From assembly GCA_029932015.1 (NCBI GenBank), contig JAOZQW010000001.1, positions 1-39,201 on the forward strand: a stretch of 39,201 nucleotides of DNA. The letters run 5' to 3'. The translations under genes and the position numbers were made by a program. The notes beneath the pieces were generated by a model. That model ran no database searches. It was given only the letters and a program-made list of their open reading frames with translations, and was not told the DNA's origin. Position 1 is the first letter of the stretch. Each line of letters begins with the position of its first letter. The DNA comes from Candidatus Fermentibacteraceae bacterium (GTDB taxonomy: Bacteria > Fermentibacterota > Fermentibacteria > Fermentibacterales > JCC-6). Positions 16,165 to 23,865 of the stretch are shown here, piece after piece.

Positions 16165-19011
16165 TCACCATTCGAGCCCGAGTCCGAAGGATATCGTTCG
16201 AGGTCTGCTGAAGGCGTACATGTTGTTCAGGGGGCCAGTGGGATCATGACCTGCCCCACCGCACTCATCCATTCCCATATCTGCATCGTACCACTCTACA
16301 TCGGCAATGAAGTCGACATTGTGACTGTTGAACAGGTTATCCACCTCGCACCAGGCATTCAGGGTCATGTCCCCGAGCCAGAAGGCTCTGCTTACTTTGA
16401 GGTCAGCTATCAACGTAGAGGGGTATCGCTCTCCGTTGATGACAGGCCGGGCGGTTCCCTGATTAGTCTGGCTGTAGGGGAATCCGCTGCCGTAGCGGCA
16501 TGACAGATGAGTATCGAGGCCCTCAAAAACGGGGACACCCGCTATCCGCAATCCCCTGCCTCTGGGCACCCTGTGGTTGAGTTCGATACTGACGGTATGC
16601 CGCTGGTCCCAGTCCAGATAGTGCTCACGGATCAGTGGTTCCCAACCCTCAGTTACCGTACGGTACCCCAGCAGAACGTTGGAGCTGCTTCCTTTTGCGA
16701 CTGAGTATGTGTAGCCGATGCTGCCGGAAAGGAAGGAATCAGCATACTTTCGGAGCAGGACATCGAACCCGGATGCATCTGCATAGTCGAGGTTGTCGTA
16801 TATGAAGAAGTCAGGCTCAGATCCACCGGATGAGTAAACCGGCCTTGTGTCAACAAGACCTGACATATCGCGGTAGAATGCAGTGATGTCGAAGTATGCA
16901 TCATTACCAAGCTCATGCCGCAGTCCCGCTTCATATGCGACCGTCACTTCGTGGGAAAGATCGGGATCACCAAGAACTGGTATCTCCCCGGGTTTGCTCG
17001 ACGGCTGTCCTCCGCCGTACATCAGATCGAGCCTTTGATGCCGACTGTAATGACAATACGAAACGTGCAATACACCCTGCTCACTCAGAATGTACGACAC
17101 TCCAAGTCTGGGGTTTAGCCTGAACTTGGGTGAACCGGTCAGAGAGTCAGCCAGGGTTGGTGGATAATCCGGCCCCGGATCGACCGGGCCGGATGGAGGG
17201 TCGATATCCTGATTCGGATCGAAGTAATCGAGCCGGGCGCCGATGTCCAGAACAACACCGTCCAGCCACATTCTGTCCCGCAGGTATAATGCCCCGGAGT
17301 TGGGAAATGCATGGTACCTGTTGAAATGTGCCGCACCTGCTGAGGGTACATCCACGCTGTAATGGAATACGTCAAAATACTTGAGCTCAATACCGGCCTT
17401 GAGCTGGTTCCTTCTGCTGATCATTGTAGTCAGATCGGTCCTGAGAGTTGATACAATACTCTCGGTCTCGCTCCAGGCATGCCGGCTGGTTCCAGCTCTA
17501 TAGAATCCCTCTTCATCCACTGAGCGCTGCGGATCGTAAGCCTGCCATTGCTCCTCTCCCCAGCCTTCCCCAAGCCACTCGGTATCGTACGGACCTTGGG
17601 GATCGTTCCGTATCCTGCGGTCGAAGGAGGTTCGATAGCTGTTGAGAGCAACATCGATATAAGTGACATCACTCAGTGTCTGCATGAAATTCAGCCCAAT
17701 GGCGGAATTCTCCCAGCTCCTGGTAGGAAGACCGTAGAGGATGTCCCGTCCCCAGGCCAGGGTGTCCCCATAGGCTGGCGAGAGGGAGTCGGTGTCGATG
17801 TAAGGCTCCTCGTACCTGCTCCAGTTCCAGAAGTCTCCGATACCGAACCAGCCTTCAGTCCTGTCCATTTTGAAATAGGTCAGACTGAACATTGTTCCAG
17901 AATAGGGTCTATATGTCAGCTTCACATTACCAGTGTACGAAGTGAGCCATTCATCGAAGCCGTAGCCGTACCTTCCATCCTCACCTCCCCCGGTCTGTCG
18001 GAATCCGCCTGACGCAAATACTCGAACATCACCGGGAATGTCTATGCCAATGGCCGGAAGGAGGTAATTCGCAATGGGCTCCGGTCCTCCAATGGAGACC
18101 TCGGCATTGAATCTGGCGTCCGAGAAGGGGCTCACATTGCTCCATCTCCAGCCGCTGTCAGGAGATGCTGGATCAAAGCCTCCCCAGTGAGAGTCGCTGG
18201 CAAGACCGAGGGCCTGCCAGTCATTTCCACCAATGTTTATCGAACCATGATATGAAGACCTGCCCTCTGGAGTAATGATATTGACTGCATCGGATTGAGC
18301 ACTACCGTACAATGTGTCAAATCCGTCACGGTGGAGCGAGATCCTGCTGATTGCGGACATCGGGATGTCGCTGCTGAAGAAACCGGTAGTCGGATCTGTA
18401 TGTTCAACACCATCGACTGTATATACAGCCTCCCCGGCTCTACTTCCCCGGAAATGGAGAGTGCTTCCAATTGCTGAAGCATCCCGCACACCCAGCCACT
18501 CAGTATATGGACTGTCGTGTCCGACCTCACCCCAGCGCTCACCGCAGTTGGTGACGCTCACCGTCCCTGCGATGAAGTCCTGAATACCGGCAACGGGCAG
18601 TGGGGTTATGTCTTCTGGACTCGAAACAATTACTGCATTGTCATTAATTAAAGTACTGCCTGAGACAACGATGCGAGTATCGCAGGCGACTTCCTCTTTG
18701 AGAAAGAAGTCAACTGACACAGTATCCCCCGCGAGTACATGTACAACAGGGGATGTTTCGGCTTCAAAACAGATCATAGCAGCCTGAAGTTCATATACGC
18801 CCTTGGGGAGGTTGATTATTATGTACTCACCATTGGCATCAGTCATTGCGCCGTACGAAGTCCCAATGACCATCACGGTAGCAGTGAACCGAGGTTCACC
18901 AGACTCATCCCATACATGCCCGACAATGGTGCCTGTATCGCCTGCGACTGCAATCGAGGTGGCCGACAGCAGAGTCATCAGTACGATTCCCGTTACGGCT
19001 CTGACACCCAT
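16165..19011 (-). CDS. TonB-dependent receptor with carboxypeptidase-regulatory-like domain (paralog 2)
   Basis: Collinear with paralog 1 over its whole length and ends GLGLEW. Preferred start is ATG 19011 (MGVRAVTGIVLMTLLSATSIAVA), 8 nt after GAAGGGA. ATG 19020 and TTG 19035 are alternatives. Confidence 0.85.
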   Translation of the reverse strand: MGVRAVTGIVLMTLLSATSIAVAGDTGTIVGHVWDESGEPRFTATVMVIGTSYGAMTDANGEYIIINLPKGVYELQAAMICFEAETSPVVHVLAGDTVSVDFFLKEEVACDTRIVVSGSTLINDNAVIVSSPEDITPLPVAGIQDFIAGTVSVTNCGERWGEVGHDSPYTEWLGVRDASAIGSTLHFRGSRAGEAVYTVDGVEHTDPTTGFFSSDIPMSAISRISLHRDGFDTLYGSAQSDAVNIITPEGRSSYHGSINIGGNDWQALGLASDSHWGGFDPASPDSGWRWSNVSPFSDARFNAEVSIGGPEPIANYLLPAIGIDIPGDVRVFASGGFRQTGGGEDGRYGYGFDEWLTSYTGNVKLTYRPYSGTMFSLTYFKMDRTEGWFGIGDFWNWSRYEEPYIDTDSLSPAYGDTLAWGRDILYGLPTRSWENSAIGLNFMQTLSDVTYIDVALNSYRTSFDRRIRNDPQGPYDTEWLGEGWGEEQWQAYDPQRSVDEEGFYRAGTSRHAWSETESIVSTLRTDLTTMISRRNQLKAGIELKYFDVFHYSVDVPSAGAAHFNRYHAFPNSGALYLRDRMWLDGVVLDIGARLDYFDPNQDIDPPSGPVDPGPDYPPTLADSLTGSPKFRLNPRLGVSYILSEQGVLHVSYCHYSRHQRLDLMYGGGQPSSKPGEIPVLGDPDLSHEVTVAYEAGLRHELGNDAYFDITAFYRDMSGLVDTRPVYSSGGSEPDFFIYDNLDYADASGFDVLLRKYADSFLSGSIGYTYSVAKGSSSNVLLGYRTVTEGWEPLIREHYLDWDQRHTVSIELNHRVPRGRGLRIAGVPVFEGLDTHLSCRYGSGFPYSQTNQGTARPVINGERYPSTLIADLKVSRAFWLGDMTLNAWCEVDNLFNSHNVDFIADVEWYDADMGMDECGGAGHDPTGPLNNMYAFSRPRTISFGLGLEW

Positions 19012-19058
19012 TTCAGCCATCCCTTCGGTCAGCAATTCAATTGATATAGATAATTGAG

Positions 19059-19086
19059 TATGTAGAGTGTACTACTTCGCAGTCAA
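19059..19086 (-). promoter_or_regulatory. Candidate sigma70-type promoter for the TBDR/Ton/T9SS-cargo block
   Basis: On the minus strand, TTGACT (19086-19081), a 16-nt spacer, then TACATA (19064-19059). It lies about 40-50 nt upstream of the TBDR-2 start. Confidence 0.3.
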
Positions 19087-19099
19087 CCGAAAAAAGGTG

Positions 19100-19124
19100 A
19101 AAATGGTGGGTGGCACCATTTAAT
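19100..19124. repeat. REP-like palindromic motif, copy 2 (AAAATGGTGGGTGGCACCATTTAAT)
   Basis: Same orientation and same 17-nt core as 439-455. AATGGTG-ggtgg-CACCATT forms a 7-bp stem. It sits between the upstream terminator and the candidate -35. Confidence 0.6.
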
Positions 19125-19160
19125 GGGGCGGGTCTTGGGGCAAGGCAAAGGATAAGGATA

Positions 19161-19189
19161 GGGGACATGCACCGCCGGTGCATGTCCCC
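19161..19189 (-). terminator. Terminator hairpin ending the 12-gene gcv-to-membrane-protein array
   Basis: GGGGACATGCACC-gcc-GGTGCATGTCCCC, 13-bp stem. On the minus strand it is followed by TATCCTTATCCTTT. It lies 24 nt after the stop codon that begins at 19214. Confidence 0.6.
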
Positions 19190-19213
19190 AATGGGCTAAG
19201 AGGCTTTGATCTG

Positions 19214-19873
19214 CTAGGCCCCTCCTCCTATCCCAAGTATCCTCGGGATGGTGGGGAGCCACTCGAACATGAGGAACTGAGACTGCCCGATAAGCAGACT
19301 GAGTCTGGCCATTATCGTGTATCCGAAGCTGGCACCGAAGGCTACCATCAGTATGGTGATGCCAAGGTTTGCGGTACCTCCGATAATCCCCGTATGCTCC
19401 TTCGAGAAGAAGAAGTAAACGAGACCGGATACGACACCGACCACCAGCACGAGGCTGCTGAACATCTCAAAAGCACTGCCAGCCGAGATGGAGATGATAC
19501 TTCCCTCCACCTGTGCAAGTGCATTCGTCTGGAAGACGCTGACCATGCCGAGTCCGGCACCAGCGCCGACGATCATGCCCAGGGCGAGCCTGGACAGTCC
19601 TGCGATCTTCGGGACTATCCTGGCCAGCATGAAGAAGGCGAAGATGCCAGGTATGACCCACACTATCTGGAAGCCGCCCTCCGCCGGGAACATGCGCTGC
19701 CACCAGTTGGGCTTGAGCACGTTCTCGATCGTGTAGATGACCCAGTAGCCTGCACTCATTCCTACGAAGAGGTGCTCGGCGAACTTGTAGAAGGGGTTAT
19801 CGCGGTACAGGAAACTGTAGAGCGAGAGCGATAGAAGAGCCCCTATCCATATACCCAGTATCTCCCAGTTCAT
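19214..19873 (-). CDS. Polytopic integral membrane protein, unknown function (membrane module gene 4)
   Basis: 219 aa with about 6 hydrophobic helices and no recognisable family motif. ATGA overlap with the upstream gene. Confidence 0.7.
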   Translation of the reverse strand: MNWEILGIWIGALLSLSLYSFLYRDNPFYKFAEHLFVGMSAGYWVIYTIENVLKPNWWQRMFPAEGGFQIVWVIPGIFAFFMLARIVPKIAGLSRLALGMIVGAGAGLGMVSVFQTNALAQVEGSIISISAGSAFEMFSSLVLVVGVVSGLVYFFFSKEHTGIIGGTANLGITILMVAFGASFGYTIMARLSLLIGQSQFLMFEWLPTIPRILGIGGGA

Positions 19874-20733
19874 TTCACACCTCCTTTCCGCTTCTTCTCA
19901 GCAAAATAGGCAACGTTACCCATCACTATCAGGAGCATTATCACCAGGTGCGCCACTGACTGCGGGGCCATTCCCGCAACAGCTCTTCCGCCCTCTGCCC
20001 CGACAGCGTCAGGGTGCTCGCGGACGAGAGTCTCGTAATCCGCTGCGCCCTTGAGGCCTCCGAGGAGGCCGACCAGCTGTCCCGTCCCGAGATAGGGATA
20101 GAACTGCGGGGCGCTGACAGCGGTACAGCCACCTCCGATAGGCACTCCGAATCGATCCCCAGCCATCATTATCCATGCGGGGATACCGGGGTCACCGGCG
20201 GAGAGCGAGAGGACCATATCGAAATCCTGCAGAGTGGAGTAAGCAGCAAGCATGGGGATCTCACTCCATGGCACATTGTCCTTGTCGGTGGGAAACACCG
20301 CCTGAATACCTGAACCGAGACGGACTATCATCACACCGCCGCCGGTCTTGTATCCGAGCATACACCAGTCCTCGTACTGGACCTTGCCGAGACTGTCTCC
20401 GACCGAGGACATGGCGTCCTGCCCGAGACTCGCCCCCATAGGCCACAGAGCCATTCCAACAACCTTGACGTCGTTCCTGAAGAGGTGCTGGAGCATTGCC
20501 ATTGCCATCGGCTGCAGCTCAGGCATCGTCGAAGGATCGTAGTCGAAACTCAGGAGAACGCTCGAACCAGCGGGGAGGGCTTCGACGTAGTCGAAAAGCG
20601 CTCTGCTGGGCTCGGCACCCACGGGATTCGGAAAAATCAGCCCGAGTGCCAGTGGGATGATCACGGAGAGGGCAATGAGAATGAAGATTATTCTCCTGTC
20701 CAGGTTGCCCATCTTCTCTATCATGCCGGCCAT
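19870..20733 (-). CDS. Bitopic membrane protein (N- and C-terminal TM helices flanking a ~220-aa soluble domain), unknown function (module gene 3)
   Basis: TM helices RIIFILIALSVIIPLALGLIF and VAHLVIMLLIVMGNVAYFA. The start overlaps the stop of the upstream gene (TGATG). Confidence 0.7.
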   Translation of the reverse strand: MAGMIEKMGNLDRRIIFILIALSVIIPLALGLIFPNPVGAEPSRALFDYVEALPAGSSVLLSFDYDPSTMPELQPMAMAMLQHLFRNDVKVVGMALWPMGASLGQDAMSSVGDSLGKVQYEDWCMLGYKTGGGVMIVRLGSGIQAVFPTDKDNVPWSEIPMLAAYSTLQDFDMVLSLSAGDPGIPAWIMMAGDRFGVPIGGGCTAVSAPQFYPYLGTGQLVGLLGGLKGAADYETLVREHPDAVGAEGGRAVAGMAPQSVAHLVIMLLIVMGNVAYFAEKKRKGGVK

Positions 20734-21356
20734 CAGTCCGTACCTCCAAGATAACTCCGCTCGATCCCGAAGATCATGCGGAGGGAGGTGGCGACCACGC
20801 CCATGGCGGCCCCGATCATCACCGCTCGCTGTCCAGCGGTGTTGGGAACGCTCATCAGCCAGACCTTGGCCAGAGGGATCTTATCCCAGATCATGGCGCC
20901 TATCGGCACCTGACCGAGCATGACGATGAAGGCCGAGGTGAGAAGCAGCGTCGCACGCCAGTTGGATGCCCTGAAGGCCCTGAAGGCGGCGGATGCCACG
21001 AAGAAGGCCAGCAGACTGAACATGGTGGCACCCATCGGAACTACAGCACTCTGGAACAGGTAGTCGAAAGGCATACCTTCGACCACTCCGTAGATGATGC
21101 CCGTGACGAGCATCATCAGGAAACCGATTATGGTGACCGGGCTGTATTTCCAGTTCTTCAGCTTGAGACGGATCTTCCTGAAGTGTACGTGGAGCAGATT
21201 CATCGCCCCGAGGAAGATTGCGGCCGAAGCCACTATCATGTACCATTCCTGCAGGTTGTCTCCGAGGAGCTTGAACGGCTCATGAGGTACAAAAAAGTTA
21301 AGCACCATTATCATGCCGGCCACGAATGTTATGGCCAGCGGTATCACTATTCTCAT
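20733..21356 (-). CDS. Polytopic integral membrane protein, unknown function (module gene 2)
   Basis: 207 aa with about 5-6 TM helices. GGAGG SD 5 nt upstream of ATG 21356. Confidence 0.7.
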   Translation of the reverse strand: MRIVIPLAITFVAGMIMVLNFFVPHEPFKLLGDNLQEWYMIVASAAIFLGAMNLLHVHFRKIRLKLKNWKYSPVTIIGFLMMLVTGIIYGVVEGMPFDYLFQSAVVPMGATMFSLLAFFVASAAFRAFRASNWRATLLLTSAFIVMLGQVPIGAMIWDKIPLAKVWLMSVPNTAGQRAVMIGAAMGVVATSLRMIFGIERSYLGGTD

Positions 21357-21365
21357 GCCGGCCTC

Positions 21366-22649
21366 CTAACTTACCGCGACCAGGCTGCGGAGGAAGTCCG
21401 CAACACTGCTCAATGGTGCCCAGAATTGACCTATCGTGGCAGCGATCACACCAAGGAGGATCAGGATGATGAAGAAGAGCTTACCGGCATCCTGCCCCTT
21501 GAGGCTTCCAAGGAGTTTTGGCTCTCTGGACAGGTATGCGCTGGCTGCAAAGAGCTCCTCCCCGATGAGTGTGTAGTCGCATGCGGCTACGAAGAAAGGT
21601 ATCTGACTGGGCATGGCGGTGCCGGCTATCTGGATAGCTCCTACGCTCCGGCCTGTCTCCGCGAGGATGAGGCTTTCCGCGTAGAAAGTACCCAGCATGA
21701 AGATGGCGGCAGGCTTCTCCCGCACCATAATACCGTCAACACCGGCTGCATACCCGAACTGGTCATCTGTAAGGTACTGGATATCCTCTCTGTTGAAGGC
21801 GTCGGGGCGTCCTGCCTGGAGGTAGGATTCCTTGACAACCTCCTGAGCCACACTCATCACGACGCTCCTGGCGGTCGGGACCATGAGTGCAGAACCGTAC
21901 TCCGCGGTCTTGATGGCTACTCTGCCGAGGATCACCATGCTCGCGATCGTCTGTATGTCATCCATATCCATGATGCCGGGGATGTATAGGACCGGCTTGC
22001 CCATTTCCGTAGCTCGTCCTACTGCATCGTCAACGGCGGCAAGTCCCGCGATCTCCCGGATGTACAGCTTCTTACCACGCTTGGCCGTCTCGATGTAGTA
22101 GATAATGATGAGGGAAAGTGCGGCGAGTATGATAAGCATAGCTACACGGCCGGAGTGGATCCACTGGGCAGAGGACGAAGCGTCAGCTTCATCAGAGACC
22201 GCTGCAGGGGTCCCGTCCGGTCTGAGTGATTCTATCCAGTAGCTGTACGAATCCCCATCGGAAACTGTGGTGTCAGTGTACCTTGTTGAAATACCCCCGA
22301 GAGTGGCGATCCTCTCCTCCACCCCGGAAGGACCGCGACGGATAACCGCAAGTGAATCGGGAACTTCATCCTTGATGTCGAAGTCCCATGCGAGACTCAC
22401 CGACCCGCCGGCATCGTTGGGGTGATCTGTGGCCTGGAGGTCGAACACCCTGTCGAGAGCCGCCACGCGGACGGTATTTGTCAGATGGGCCGGAGCGATG
22501 ACTACTTCTTCAGGACCGGACGGCCGCTCCTCCCCTCCGGTTTCCTCCTCAACTGCCGACTCTGGTCTCTCAGGCGGATCTACCCCCTGAGCTGCCACCG
22601 TGCCGACCGCAAGGAGGAGCAGCGCCAGCAGAACAGCCGTACGCCTCAT
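21366..22649 (-). CDS. Membrane protein: signal peptide, extracytoplasmic FN3/Ig-like domain, TM, ~230-aa domain, C-terminal TM; unknown function (module gene 1)
   Basis: MRRTAVLLALLLLAVGTVAAQG signal peptide. SVSLAWDF...YTDTTVSDGDSYSYWIESL is FN3-like. TM helices VAMLIILAALSLIIIYYI and LFFIILILLGVIAATIG. SD AGGGAGGGAG. Confidence 0.7.
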   Translation of the reverse strand: MRRTAVLLALLLLAVGTVAAQGVDPPERPESAVEEETGGEERPSGPEEVVIAPAHLTNTVRVAALDRVFDLQATDHPNDAGGSVSLAWDFDIKDEVPDSLAVIRRGPSGVEERIATLGGISTRYTDTTVSDGDSYSYWIESLRPDGTPAAVSDEADASSSAQWIHSGRVAMLIILAALSLIIIYYIETAKRGKKLYIREIAGLAAVDDAVGRATEMGKPVLYIPGIMDMDDIQTIASMVILGRVAIKTAEYGSALMVPTARSVVMSVAQEVVKESYLQAGRPDAFNREDIQYLTDDQFGYAAGVDGIMVREKPAAIFMLGTFYAESLILAETGRSVGAIQIAGTAMPSQIPFFVAACDYTLIGEELFAASAYLSREPKLLGSLKGQDAGKLFFIILILLGVIAATIGQFWAPLSSVADFLRSLVAVS

Positions 22650-22670
22650 GCTCCCTCCCTTCGAGAGGAC

Positions 22671-22715
22671 CCTGAGAAAGCGCCCCGGGCGGTCACCCGG
22701 GGCGCAGTTCTCAGG
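22671..22715 (-). other. Strong composite hairpin in the only sizeable gap of the 12-gene array
   Basis: CCTGAGAA-a-GCGCCCCGGG-cggtca-CCCGGGGCGC-ag-TTCTCAGG, 18 paired positions. On the minus strand the inner stem is followed by TTTCT. Confidence 0.55.
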
Positions 22716-22739
22716 TCCGATCAGTTGTTACTGTCATTC

Positions 22740-23864
22740 CTACTCTTCTATCAGCTCCACGTTGGCACGCGGAACCGTTGCTTTTTCGCCGTCCTCGAAT
22801 TCGACATCGAGAACTCTGACTTTCGCTTCAGAATCAAGGACCTGCAGCTCAGCTGGGAGTGCAAGAACTTTCCCGAGTCTGCCGAAGTACGGAGCCCTGA
22901 TACATCTAATTGGTGAACCGATATCCATGGCTCCAGCCTGCTTGTCCTCTGTACTGGAGGATACGATGTCCTCTCCGACAGGGATCACAACTTCCGGCCG
23001 CATGACACCGGCCCTGATCTGTGTAGCACCGTTGACGCTGGCGAGCATTCCCTTCCTGGCTTTCAGGAGGTCGAATGTCCCGTGAGCCATCGTCATCCTG
23101 CCGAAACCCTCGGTGAGCACGAGAGTTATACCCTTCTTCTCATGGCCGGTTATGGCCACACCGAGATCATATCCGAGGAACTCCTTGAGATCCTTGTCGT
23201 CGAACCCTCCAACCACGATGGCCTTCACACCGATGTCGATGGCCTTCCTGAGCGTGGCGCTGGAAACAAAGGAGCCTCCGAGGAGAACCTTGCCCTTGCA
23301 GGTATCATCGAGAAGGTCTGCGGTGAGTTCCTGTTCAGGGGATTCAACAATGACGTCAAGCTCGCCCCTGACCTCCCCACCGATGCCGAAGATGCCCTGG
23401 ACAAAGGTTGCTCTGGATTCGACCACAACGCCCTCATTGCCGAGTACTTCTACGACCGTGCCTTTGACATATGCATCTATCTCGACCGGTATCGGCGGCT
23501 CCCTCAGGACGGCCTGACCGGTTATCTCGTTGTAGCTCTCGAAGGTTCCTTCTATAGGTGATCTGACGGAATTCTTAAAAAGACCCCACAGCCCCTTTGT
23601 CTGACCAAGAACCTCGTCCTCCGCAATGGCATCACCCGGGGATTTGATGAGGATACTCGGGATGTCACTTGGTGGAAGACCGAGAACATTGGCGATATTC
23701 AGCATCTTGACGTTGCCGGGAAGTTCTGTCCTGGCAACGACGGATTCAGCGGTGACTTCCTGCCCCTTCTCGACGAGTGTCTCACCGGTCAGGGGAAGCC
23801 GTCTCTCTTTACGGACGATGGTAACATCTGCGACCCTCAGACCGGGTGTGTATGCGAACGCCAT
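22740..23864 (-). CDS. Uncharacterised 374-aa protein: N-terminal barrel-sandwich-hybrid (lipoyl-like) fold, central Rossmann-like segment, C-terminal KOW/SH3-like segment
   Basis: Start moved to ATG 23864 (MAFAYTPGLRVADVTIV...), 1 nt after the GlmL-like stop. The track's N-terminal extension overlaps that gene and is Arg/Ser-rich junk. Fold guesses come from sequence patterns only. Confidence 0.65.
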   Translation of the reverse strand: MAFAYTPGLRVADVTIVRKERRLPLTGETLVEKGQEVTAESVVARTELPGNVKMLNIANVLGLPPSDIPSILIKSPGDAIAEDEVLGQTKGLWGLFKNSVRSPIEGTFESYNEITGQAVLREPPIPVEIDAYVKGTVVEVLGNEGVVVESRATFVQGIFGIGGEVRGELDVIVESPEQELTADLLDDTCKGKVLLGGSFVSSATLRKAIDIGVKAIVVGGFDDKDLKEFLGYDLGVAITGHEKKGITLVLTEGFGRMTMAHGTFDLLKARKGMLASVNGATQIRAGVMRPEVVIPVGEDIVSSSTEDKQAGAMDIGSPIRCIRAPYFGRLGKVLALPAELQVLDSEAKVRVLDVEFEDGEKATVPRANVELIEE

Positions 23865-23865
23865 A

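Noticed and set aside
21183-21989. 268-aa plus-strand ORF, and similar plus-strand ORFs of 60-230 aa throughout 1465-29400
   Set aside because: All are antisense to long, SD-led minus-strand genes with coherent domain content. This is typical of stop-poor antisense frames in moderately GC-rich DNA.
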